NCBI GenBank assembly: GCA_039915925.1 | Contig: JBDSMG010000073.1 | Location: 14,902 to 78,901, forward strand | Direction of reading: 5' to 3' | From: Sphingomicrobium sp. | GTDB lineage: Bacteria > Pseudomonadota > Alphaproteobacteria > Sphingomonadales > Sphingomonadaceae | DNA length: 64,000 nucleotides | Shown: positions 19,067 to 27,115 of the stretch, piece after piece | Numbering within the stretch: the stretch's first letter is position 1 | Layout of the letters: each line of letters starts with the position of its first letter | Program-made: the position numbers and the translations under genes | Notes under the pieces: model-generated | Database searches by the model: none | What the model was told of the DNA's origin: nothing | Seen by the model: only the letters and a program-made list of their open reading frames with translations

Positions 19067-20589
19067 CCGCTAACCCCGTCCGCAATATCGTCATCGTCGG
19101 AGGCGGAACCGCCGGCTGGATGGCGGCTGCCGCAATGGCGAAGATTCTGGGCACCGAGACACGCAATATCACCTTGGTGGAGTCCGAAGAGATCGGCACG
19201 GTCGGCGTTGGCGAAGCGACGATTCCCGCGATCATGCTGTTCAACCAGATGCTGGAGATCGACGAGGACGAGTTCGTCCGCGCAACCCATGCGACGTTCA
19301 AGCTCGGCATCGATTTCGTCAACTGGCGCAAGCTCAACCATCGCTATTTCCACCAGTTCGGGCTGATCGGTGCGGAGCTGAAGAACGGTGTGTCCTTCAC
19401 CCATTATTGGACGCGCTGGCGGGACCTGGGTGGAAGCCCCGATCCGATGGAGTTCAGCGCGGAGGCCACCGCCGCAAAAGAGGGCCGGTTCGGCAAAGCG
19501 AGCCCAAAGGCCGGCCGAAACGTTCCGAACGTCAATTATGCCTACCAATTCGATGCATCGACCTACGCCGCATATCTTCGTCGCTATTCCGAGGCCCGTG
19601 GCATCATTCGCAAGGAAGGCCGGATCGTTGATGTCGAGGTGAATGGTGAAAGCGGGTTCATCGAAGCCTTGAAGCTTAACGACGGTAGCCGGATCGAAGG
19701 CGATCTGTTCGTTGATTGTTCGGGTTTCCGCGGACTGCTCATCGAGCAGCAGCTGGAGTCTGGCTTTCAGGACTGGAGCCATTGGCTGCCGAACGACCGA
19801 GCGGTGGCCGTGCCATGCGCGAAGATCGCGGATCCCACGCCCTTCACCGGTTCGACAGCGCAGGAGTCCGGATGGCAATGGCGCATTCCGCTGCAGCACC
19901 GCACGGGCAATGGATATGTTTTCTCAACCGAGTTCATCTCGGAGGACGAGGCGACAGCGAAGCTGCTCGAACGCCTCGACGGCGAACCGATTGCCGATCC
20001 GAAAGTGGTTCGTTTCAAGGCCGGAAAGCGCAAGCAGGCCTGGGTTAAAAACTGCATCGCCCTTGGGCTGTCGAGCGGATTCCTGGAGCCGCTGGAGTCG
20101 ACGAGCATCCATCTGATCCAGGTCGGCATCATGCGGATGTTCGCATTCTTTCCCGAGATGGATTTCGATCCGCTGCTGGCCAAGCGCTACAACGATGAGA
20201 TGGACCTGCTCTACGACGGCATCCGCGACTTTATCGTGGCGCACTTCAAGGTTACCGAGCGCGACGACACGCCGTACTGGGAGTATTGCCGCACGATGTC
20301 GGTTCCCGACAGTTTGCAGGCGAAGCTCGACCTGTTTGCAATGCGCGGCGAAGTCGTCCCCGATCCGCGCATGCTCTTTACCGAACACAGCTGGTTCGCG
20401 GTGCTCTACGGACAGGGCCTCGAGCCGCGCGGCTATCATCCGCTCGCGGACGCGCTCCCGGCCGATCAGCTCAACGCACACCTGACGCAAATCCGCTCAT
20501 TGATCCGGCAGCGGGTCAGCGAACTTCCGTCGCACGGCGATTATCTCCGGCACGTCGCGGCGGGTGCGCGCGCGACGGCTTTCGCCTAG
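19063..20589 (+). CDS. Tryptophan-halogenase-family flavoprotein 3
   Basis: GGGTAGW, VGVGEAT, ATFKLGI, WQWRIP, FLEPLESTS. Confidence 0.9.
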   Translation: MTANPVRNIVIVGGGTAGWMAAAAMAKILGTETRNITLVESEEIGTVGVGEATIPAIMLFNQMLEIDEDEFVRATHATFKLGIDFVNWRKLNHRYFHQFGLIGAELKNGVSFTHYWTRWRDLGGSPDPMEFSAEATAAKEGRFGKASPKAGRNVPNVNYAYQFDASTYAAYLRRYSEARGIIRKEGRIVDVEVNGESGFIEALKLNDGSRIEGDLFVDCSGFRGLLIEQQLESGFQDWSHWLPNDRAVAVPCAKIADPTPFTGSTAQESGWQWRIPLQHRTGNGYVFSTEFISEDEATAKLLERLDGEPIADPKVVRFKAGKRKQAWVKNCIALGLSSGFLEPLESTSIHLIQVGIMRMFAFFPEMDFDPLLAKRYNDEMDLLYDGIRDFIVAHFKVTERDDTPYWEYCRTMSVPDSLQAKLDLFAMRGEVVPDPRMLFTEHSWFAVLYGQGLEPRGYHPLADALPADQLNAHLTQIRSLIRQRVSELPSHGDYLRHVAAGARATAFA

Positions 20590-20597
20590 GGGGCCGC

Positions 20598-21479
20598 GTG
20601 AGGAACGATCGCTACGCCGGCGTCGAGCTTGGCGGGACCAAATGCGTGTTAACTCTTGCCGCAAGCAAGGATGACATCCTTGCGCAGGAGGTCGTCGCGA
20701 CCACTACGCCGGAAGAGACCATCGGCGCGATCGAACGCGTGTTGCTGAAGTGGCAGACGGAGCGACCGTTCCGCTCGCTCGGTATTGCCAGCTTCGGGCC
20801 GGTGGATCTCAACCGCGCGTCCCCGACCTTCGGCGATATTACAACCACTTCGAAGCCCGGTTGGAGCGGGACGGACGTCGGTCGGCGGCTTCAGACGCGG
20901 CTGGGCGTTCCGATGAGTTTCGATACGGATGTCAACGGAGCAGCGTTCGCGGAAATGCGCTGGGGTGCCGGGCGTGGGATGCAGGACTTCGCTTACATCA
21001 CGGTTGGCACCGGCGTCGGTGTCGGGTTGATCGCCAACGGGCAGTCGATGGCCGGTTTCCTCCATTGCGAGATGGGCCACAGCCGCGTCGCCCGGCTGCC
21101 GGGCGACGAATGGGCTGGTGCGTGCCCGTTCCATGGCGATTGCGTCGAGGGGCTTGCATCCGGAAGCGCATTGAAGGCGCGCTTCAACGGCCAGTCGCTT
21201 GACGCCCTGTCTGAAGATCACCCCGTTTGGGACGCGGTCGCGTGGACGCTTGCGCAATTGTGCCACAACATCGCTTGCACCGCGGCTCCGCTGGCGATCG
21301 CCATCGGTGGCGGCGTCCTCGAGCGGCAGCCGCATCTGCTGGCCCGCATCCAGCCGCTGCTGGAGAAGAGTCTCAACGGGTATTTCGACCTTCCGGACAA
21401 TTACGTGCGAGTGCCCGGGCTCGGCGCGAAGGCTGGGCCGCTCGGTTCGATCGCCCTCGCGATGGATGCTGCGGCCTAG
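20598..21479 (+). CDS. ROK-family hexose kinase (fructokinase/mannokinase-like)
   Basis: From GTG 20598: GVELGGTK, SFGPVDL, DTDVNGAA, YITVGTGVGVG, EMGH, CPFHGDCVEGLASG Zn motif. Confidence 0.88.
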   Translation: MRNDRYAGVELGGTKCVLTLAASKDDILAQEVVATTTPEETIGAIERVLLKWQTERPFRSLGIASFGPVDLNRASPTFGDITTTSKPGWSGTDVGRRLQTRLGVPMSFDTDVNGAAFAEMRWGAGRGMQDFAYITVGTGVGVGLIANGQSMAGFLHCEMGHSRVARLPGDEWAGACPFHGDCVEGLASGSALKARFNGQSLDALSEDHPVWDAVAWTLAQLCHNIACTAAPLAIAIGGGVLERQPHLLARIQPLLEKSLNGYFDLPDNYVRVPGLGAKAGPLGSIALAMDAAA

Positions 21480-22255
21480 GCCCCGATCAGCATTCGGCCG
21501 CCGTCGCTTTCGAGCGGCTCATCCGGTTCCAGCAACAGGCACTCCCCTGGCCCGGCCTCGTCTCCGCCGGAGCGGATGATGCCTTCAAGTGGCATCACCC
21601 AACGGCGCTGCGTCGGGAAAACGCGTGGCGCTTCATTGCCTTCGGAAACGTGGACAAGGCTGAAGTGCGGGTCCTGAACCAGCACGCGGGTGTTCACCGG
21701 GTCGACCTGCTGCGCGAGGTGCGCGGGGTAGGGGAAAGGCTCGGAGACCTCCAGACCGTCGTCGAGATGGAGTTCGCGCGGGCGGCCATAGTCATAGAGG
21801 CGGTAGGTGACGCCTTCGTTCTGCTGGAATTCAAGGAGCGAAATGCCGGCGCCGACAGCGTGGATCGTTCCAGCCGGCACGAACAAAAAATCGCCCGCGC
21901 TGACCGGCCGCCAGTTCATCAACTGTTCGATCGAGCCATCGAGCGCGGCCTCGCGCAGTTCATCCTTGCCTACCTCGCGGTTGAGGCCGAGGCCGAGAGT
22001 CGCGCCTGGCGCGGCATCGAGGATGTACCAGCATTCAGTTTTGCCGTTCGCGACGCCGCGCTCGCGCGCCTGCTTGTCGTTGGGGTGCACCTGGATCGAT
22101 AAGCGCTCGCTCGTGAAGAGGTACTTTACGAGCAAGGGGAGCGGCTCGGGCGAGGTGAACCATATCTCGCCGATTTTTTGCCCGCTCGACGGGAATGGCG
22201 GCGGCAGCTGAGTCCTCCCCCACGGTTTTTCGATGAATTGGCGTTCGAGCTTCAT
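21476..22255 (-). CDS. manA: Type I mannose-6-phosphate isomerase (cupin)
   Basis: From ATG 22255: EKPWG, IGEIWF, LLVKYL, LSIQVHPND, KTECWYIL, AGTIHA, EFQQNEGVTYRLYDYGRPRELH. Confidence 0.85.
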   Translation of the reverse strand: MKLERQFIEKPWGRTQLPPPFPSSGQKIGEIWFTSPEPLPLLVKYLFTSERLSIQVHPNDKQARERGVANGKTECWYILDAAPGATLGLGLNREVGKDELREAALDGSIEQLMNWRPVSAGDFLFVPAGTIHAVGAGISLLEFQQNEGVTYRLYDYGRPRELHLDDGLEVSEPFPYPAHLAQQVDPVNTRVLVQDPHFSLVHVSEGNEAPRVFPTQRRWVMPLEGIIRSGGDEAGPGECLLLEPDEPLESDGGRMLIGA

Positions 22256-22269
22256 GCAATTCCCGAGGC

Positions 22270-23733
22270 TTAGATACGATCGCTGAGCCGGCAGATTTCC
22301 GGCCGCAACCGTCCTAGCGCAGTTACACCCTTTGCGTCGAACAGCACATGCTGCTGGGCGTTGGGGGTGAATTGCGGCCAAGCGGGCAGGCCATCGCCGT
22401 TCGGATCGCCGGACTTCACGAAGTTGAGCCAGTAAGGCTTCATGGACAGGCCCGGCGCGAACGTCTGGTCCCAAAATGCATAAGGGATCTCGGCCGCGTG
22501 CCGCGTCTGACCGCCGCCCGGCGCATGGTCAAATTCATACTGGAATACGCGTGCGCCGTTTGCGGAAAGCAGCTTTGCCATGTTGACCGCGGGACAACGG
22601 AAGATGACGTCGGTGCCGATTTGGTCGTCCAGGCTACCGAGGCGTGGGTCGGCCGCCGGATCGGGCTGGTCCATCCTGTAAAAGGCCCGCGCCTGCGCCT
22701 CGCGGCTTTCGAACGCCTTCGCAACCAGCGCGTCGCGGTGCTGGCGTTCGACGCCGAATTCGATCTTGTTGGTGCCGAGGATGACGGAGCGGGGCGGGGC
22801 CTGTCGCAGGAGCCCTCCGGGACTGGCCGGAAATGCCTTCCCGTCGATCGTCGTCCGCAGCCACAGGAATGAATCGGACTCGAGCGTATCATCGTGCAGT
22901 TTCGTATCGACAGCCAGCAGGGCCGGGACCGACATTCGCCGCAGCTTGGCTATGTCGCCACCGGTGCCGAGCAGGGAATCGGCCTGGTCGCCGATCCGCT
23001 CGGCCTCGGTCAGGCTCCGGAATGGAAAGCCAAAGCCCGGCGTGCCGCTTTCCATGATGGCCTTCTGGAACAGGGTGCGGGCGGCGGGCGCGGCAAGCAG
23101 CAGGCTGACGTCCTGCGAGCCCGCGGATTCGCCGGCGATGGTGACGTTGCCGGGATCGCCGCCAAACTTTGCGATGTTGCGCTGGATCCATTGCAGCGCC
23201 GCCACCTGGTCCATGATTCCGTAATTGCCGGACCCGCCTTGTTCGGCGGTCAGCTGGCGGTGCGACAGGAAGCCGAAAATACCGAGGCGGTAGCGGATGC
23301 CGACCAGGACGACTTGCTTGCCGACGTCGCTCAGGATGATGTCGTTGGGCCCGCCAGCGCGGTTGCTGCCGCCGTGGATCCACACCAGCACCGGCTTCTT
23401 GCCGGTCATCGACGGTGTGCGGACGTCTAGCGTCAGGCAGTCTTCCCGGCCGATATTATAGTCGCCCTTGTTCCAGCCCTGGTCGTTCTGGACGCAGGAC
23501 GGCGGTTGATCGACGGAGTCGCGAACGCCTTTCCAGGCGAGAACCGCTTGCGGCGGCTTCCAGCGAAGATTTTCAACGGGAGGCGCCGCGAATGGGATGC
23601 CGCGGAACAGGGTTCCGCCAGCTTCGAACGGCTTGCCGCGAACCGCGCCGCCGTCGACGCCTACCACCTGTGAAGAGGCCGGTGCGGCCGACATTAGCAG
23701 CAGTGCGGCGAGAGTGGTGGTGATCGCTTTCAT
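22270..23733 (-). CDS. Type-B carboxylesterase/lipase family protein, signal peptide
   Basis: FRGIPFAAPP, EDCLTLDV, VWIHGG, GNYGIMDQVAALQWIQRNI, nucleophile GESAG, HAAEIPY; start ATG 23733 (MKAITTTLAALL). Confidence 0.9.
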   Translation of the reverse strand: MKAITTTLAALLLMSAAPASSQVVGVDGGAVRGKPFEAGGTLFRGIPFAAPPVENLRWKPPQAVLAWKGVRDSVDQPPSCVQNDQGWNKGDYNIGREDCLTLDVRTPSMTGKKPVLVWIHGGSNRAGGPNDIILSDVGKQVVLVGIRYRLGIFGFLSHRQLTAEQGGSGNYGIMDQVAALQWIQRNIAKFGGDPGNVTIAGESAGSQDVSLLLAAPAARTLFQKAIMESGTPGFGFPFRSLTEAERIGDQADSLLGTGGDIAKLRRMSVPALLAVDTKLHDDTLESDSFLWLRTTIDGKAFPASPGGLLRQAPPRSVILGTNKIEFGVERQHRDALVAKAFESREAQARAFYRMDQPDPAADPRLGSLDDQIGTDVIFRCPAVNMAKLLSANGARVFQYEFDHAPGGGQTRHAAEIPYAFWDQTFAPGLSMKPYWLNFVKSGDPNGDGLPAWPQFTPNAQQHVLFDAKGVTALGRLRPEICRLSDRI

Positions 23734-23764
23734 CGGGTCCGGCTCCGTGCAGGTTCGCAATACT

Positions 23765-23778
23765 TGTTAGCGCTAAAA
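23765..23778. promoter_or_regulatory. LacI-family operator TGTTAGCGCTAAAA
   Basis: One mismatch from palindrome TGTTAGCGCTAACA, in the divergent esterase/GluP intergenic region. Confidence 0.75.
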
Positions 23779-23842
23779 AGCCGCCTTGTGCGAGCCCGCT
23801 TTCGCTGCCAGTTTGCCGCCATCTTAGGGGAGATGCCTGGAC

Positions 23843-25132
23843 ATGCAGCAAGAGCGACAATCGGCCGGAACCACAAGCGCTTACGCGCTCGTCACATGCT
23901 TGTTCTTCGCCTGGGGGTTCATCACGTCGTTGATCGATCCGTTGGTCGCGGCGGTGAAGGGTATTTTCAGCCTTAGCGATCTTCAGGCGCAGTTGAGCGC
24001 GTCCGCTTTCTTCATTGCATACGGCGTCATGAGCTTCCCGGCGGCCGTTCTCCTTTCCCGCCGCAAGGCGGTTCCGACCGTCATTATCGCACTTGGAATG
24101 ATGGTGGCCGGCTGCATGCTGATGCTTTGGGCGGCGAACATCGCCAACTACAGCATTGTTCTTGCCGGCCTGTTCGTACTCGCCAGCGGAATCACCATCC
24201 TGCAGGTTGCGGCGAACCCACTCGCCGCTGCATTAGGCTCCCCTGAAAAAAGCCATTTCCGCCTCACGTTCAGTCAGGCATTCAACAGTTTCGGCACCTT
24301 CATCGGCCCCTATCTCGGGGCGGTCCTCTTCCTGAAGGGCGTCGAGGTCAAACATGGCACCACCATTACGGGTGAGGTCCGCAACGCTTCCCTGGCAGGC
24401 ATCGACCGTGCCTTCTTCTGGATTGCCGGCCTCATCATCCTGATCGGCGTGCTGATCTGGGCTGGTCGCAAGCTGATCACCGCTGCGGCGGCCCATGATG
24501 AGAATGCCAAGCCGCTTGGGATGGGCGCCGCCTTTGCTGACGCTTTCTCTTCGCCATGGGCCTTGTTCGGTGGCTTGGCCATTTTCCTTTACGTAGGTGC
24601 TGAAGTTGCGATCGGCACGCAGATGGCCCTGTTCCTCAACAGCGATGCAGTGTGGGGCATTCCGCTGCAGGATGCCGGCAAGTGGGTCAGCATGTATTGG
24701 GGCGGCGCGATGGTCGGCCGGCTTGTCGGGTCTGCCTTACTCACCAAGGTCGACGCGCCGAAGCTTCTGGCCGCGTTCACCGGGCTTGCGTGCGCGATGT
24801 GTCTATATGTGTTCGCGGTCGGCGGGATCGGCGGCGGCTACGTCGCGCTAGCGATCGGCCTGTTCAATTCGATCATGTTCCCGGTGATCTTCACGATCAC
24901 GCTGGAACGATCGACCGCTTCGGAGGAGGCGACATCGGGCTTCCTCTGCTTCTCGATTGTGGGCGGCGCGGCGCTGCCTCCGATCGTCGGGCTCGTGTCT
25001 GGTCACAGCAGCTATGTGACCGCGTTCATCGTTCCCGCGCTTTGCTATGCAGTCCTTTGCGCGTTCGCGATCGCATCGCGGGGAGCCAAGCTGCATCACC
25101 GAGAGGACGGAACCGCGGCGGTTTTCCACTAA
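23843..25132 (+). CDS. MFS sugar transporter, GluP/FucP family
   Basis: FFAWGFITSLIDPL, LQVAANPL, SQAFNSFGTFIGP, YVGAEV, SIMFPVIF; 12-TM pattern. Confidence 0.9.
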   Translation: MQQERQSAGTTSAYALVTCLFFAWGFITSLIDPLVAAVKGIFSLSDLQAQLSASAFFIAYGVMSFPAAVLLSRRKAVPTVIIALGMMVAGCMLMLWAANIANYSIVLAGLFVLASGITILQVAANPLAAALGSPEKSHFRLTFSQAFNSFGTFIGPYLGAVLFLKGVEVKHGTTITGEVRNASLAGIDRAFFWIAGLIILIGVLIWAGRKLITAAAAHDENAKPLGMGAAFADAFSSPWALFGGLAIFLYVGAEVAIGTQMALFLNSDAVWGIPLQDAGKWVSMYWGGAMVGRLVGSALLTKVDAPKLLAAFTGLACAMCLYVFAVGGIGGGYVALAIGLFNSIMFPVIFTITLERSTASEEATSGFLCFSIVGGAALPPIVGLVSGHSSYVTAFIVPALCYAVLCAFAIASRGAKLHHREDGTAAVFH

Positions 25133-26631
25133 GCGGAGGCGATCAGCCTTTCGAGATAGGCGGCGTGGGTCGGGAGCGACCCCGCCGCTTTTTCGTAAGC
25201 GGTGTGGAGCTCGGCCAAGGCTCCGAGCGCCTGCGCGTCGGAGTAATTCGACAGCATCGGCTCGGCCGCTTCCGGGAAAATCTCCTGCCCGATCATCACC
25301 GCGGCCCAGCTCGCAACGTCGAATAGCTCGTCATTGTAGCGGAAGATGCGGCCATGTTCGCGGAACAGGTCGAACTTGTGCTGCAGGCTGTCGGGGATCG
25401 CCATCTCGCGGACGTGATCCCAGAAGGGGCCGGAGCGGCGCGTCGCCTTGTAGTGAAGGATGATGAAGTCGCGGATCGGGTCGTAGCTTTCGGCCAGCAG
25501 GCGATTGTATTCGGCGCGCTCGACCGGGTTGATACCGCTGCTCGGGAACAGGCTGATTAGTTTCTGGATGCCGCGCTGGATCAGGTGGATGCTGGTCGAT
25601 TCCAGCGGTTCGAGGAAGCCGGCAGCCAGGCCGATCGCAACGACATTGCCTTCCCATGAGCGCACGCGCCGGCCGGCCGTGAAGCGCAACTTGTTGGTGG
25701 CCGCGAGCTGCGCGCCGTCGAGATTGTCGAGCAGTAGTTGCTCCGCCTCATCCTCGCCCATGTGCGCGCTGCAATAGACATGGCCGTTGCCGGTGCGGTG
25801 CTGGAGGGGAATGCGCCATTGCCATCCGGCTGGTCGGGCAGTCGAACGGGTGAAAGGAGTCAGAGGCTCCACGCGCTCGCAGGGGACCGCAATAGCGCGG
25901 TCGCAGGGGAGCCAGTGGCTCCAATCTTCGAACGGGACCTCCATCGTCTGGCCGAGCAGAAGTGAGCGGAAGCCCGAGCAGTCGACGAACAAATCGCCCT
26001 TGACGACGCGATCGCCTTCGAGGCGGACGGCGGTTACGTCGCCGCTCTCCCCGTCGCGATCGACGCTGACGATCTTGCCTTCAATACGCTCCGCTCCGCG
26101 CGCTTCGGCGTAGCGACGGAGGAACTGGCCGTAGAGGCTGGCGTCAAAATGATAGGCGTAGGCCAGGCCCGAGAGTGGGGAGGAGGGGTCCTGGTTCGGG
26201 CGTGAGAAGCGGAACTGGCCGGCGGTCACGGCCGAGATCGAGTAATTCGAAAGTGGGCCGACCCCGCTGGAGCGGCGATGTTTCAGCCAGAGTTGATATA
26301 GCGGGACACCGTCGACGGCACGGCCGATGTCGCCGAACTGGTGGAAGTATCGCTGCCCGTCCTCGACCCAGTTCACGAAGTCGATTCCCAGCTTGTAGCT
26401 CGCCTTGGTCGCGCGCACGAATTCGGCTTCGGGAATGCCGAGCTGAATGTTGAATTCGTTGACCGGAGGGATCGTGCCTTCTCCGACACCGACCGTGCCG
26501 ATCGCTTCGGATTCGACCACGACGATGCGGCGTCCGGCGCCAACGAAGCGGGCGAGCGCCGCGGCCGCCATCCAGCCGGCGGTGCCGCCTCCGACGATAA
26601 CGATGCGGCGGATCGGTCCTGCTTCGCTCAT
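25129..26631 (-). CDS. Tryptophan-halogenase-family flavoprotein 4
   Basis: GGGTAGW, VGVGEGT, ASYKLGI, WQWRIP, FLEPLESTS. Confidence 0.9.
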   Translation of the reverse strand: MSEAGPIRRIVIVGGGTAGWMAAAALARFVGAGRRIVVVESEAIGTVGVGEGTIPPVNEFNIQLGIPEAEFVRATKASYKLGIDFVNWVEDGQRYFHQFGDIGRAVDGVPLYQLWLKHRRSSGVGPLSNYSISAVTAGQFRFSRPNQDPSSPLSGLAYAYHFDASLYGQFLRRYAEARGAERIEGKIVSVDRDGESGDVTAVRLEGDRVVKGDLFVDCSGFRSLLLGQTMEVPFEDWSHWLPCDRAIAVPCERVEPLTPFTRSTARPAGWQWRIPLQHRTGNGHVYCSAHMGEDEAEQLLLDNLDGAQLAATNKLRFTAGRRVRSWEGNVVAIGLAAGFLEPLESTSIHLIQRGIQKLISLFPSSGINPVERAEYNRLLAESYDPIRDFIILHYKATRRSGPFWDHVREMAIPDSLQHKFDLFREHGRIFRYNDELFDVASWAAVMIGQEIFPEAAEPMLSNYSDAQALGALAELHTAYEKAAGSLPTHAAYLERLIASA

Positions 26632-26688
26632 TGCTTCTCCCCGGCTTCGCTGCGTCCTAGTGGCGCTGAGCGGAGAGGGAAAGAGCGG

Positions 26689-27066
26689 CTAGCGCTTGTA
26701 GGCGGTCCAGTCGCCGAGGAAGCAGGTCGGCCCCGGGATGATCGCGCCCGGCTCAAGCCCGCGAATGTGATCGCCGCGGCAATATTGGCCGCCCTGACTC
26801 TCGATGATCAGCGTGTTGAACGGGTCGAGCGCGGGGCAGGCGGAGGTCAGGTGGTTGATGTAGACGGTGCTGCCCTGACCGTAGGCGACCGTGCTGCGAT
26901 TGACGACCCGCACATTCTGACTGCCGAAGGTGGAAATGCAGGACGAGGTGCCGGCCTGTGTGCGGCCGGCAAGTTCCTGCGCGAGAGCGTCACGCGATCC
27001 GGGCTGGACGGCTTGCGGGGCGCAGCCGGCCAAAGGAAGCAGCAACAGCAGCAGGGATGATCGCAT
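26689..27066 (-). CDS. Small Cys-containing lipoprotein of unknown function
   Basis: From ATG 27066: MRSSLLLLLLPLAGC lipobox; four further Cys (SSCIS, SACPAL, QYCRGD, PTCFLG). Confidence 0.7.
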   Translation of the reverse strand: MRSSLLLLLLPLAGCAPQAVQPGSRDALAQELAGRTQAGTSSCISTFGSQNVRVVNRSTVAYGQGSTVYINHLTSACPALDPFNTLIIESQGGQYCRGDHIRGLEPGAIIPGPTCFLGDWTAYKR

Positions 27067-27115
27067 CGCAAGTCTCCTCGTCCAGCTAACGCTCGTGTGG
27101 CTCTTTGTCTCCGGC

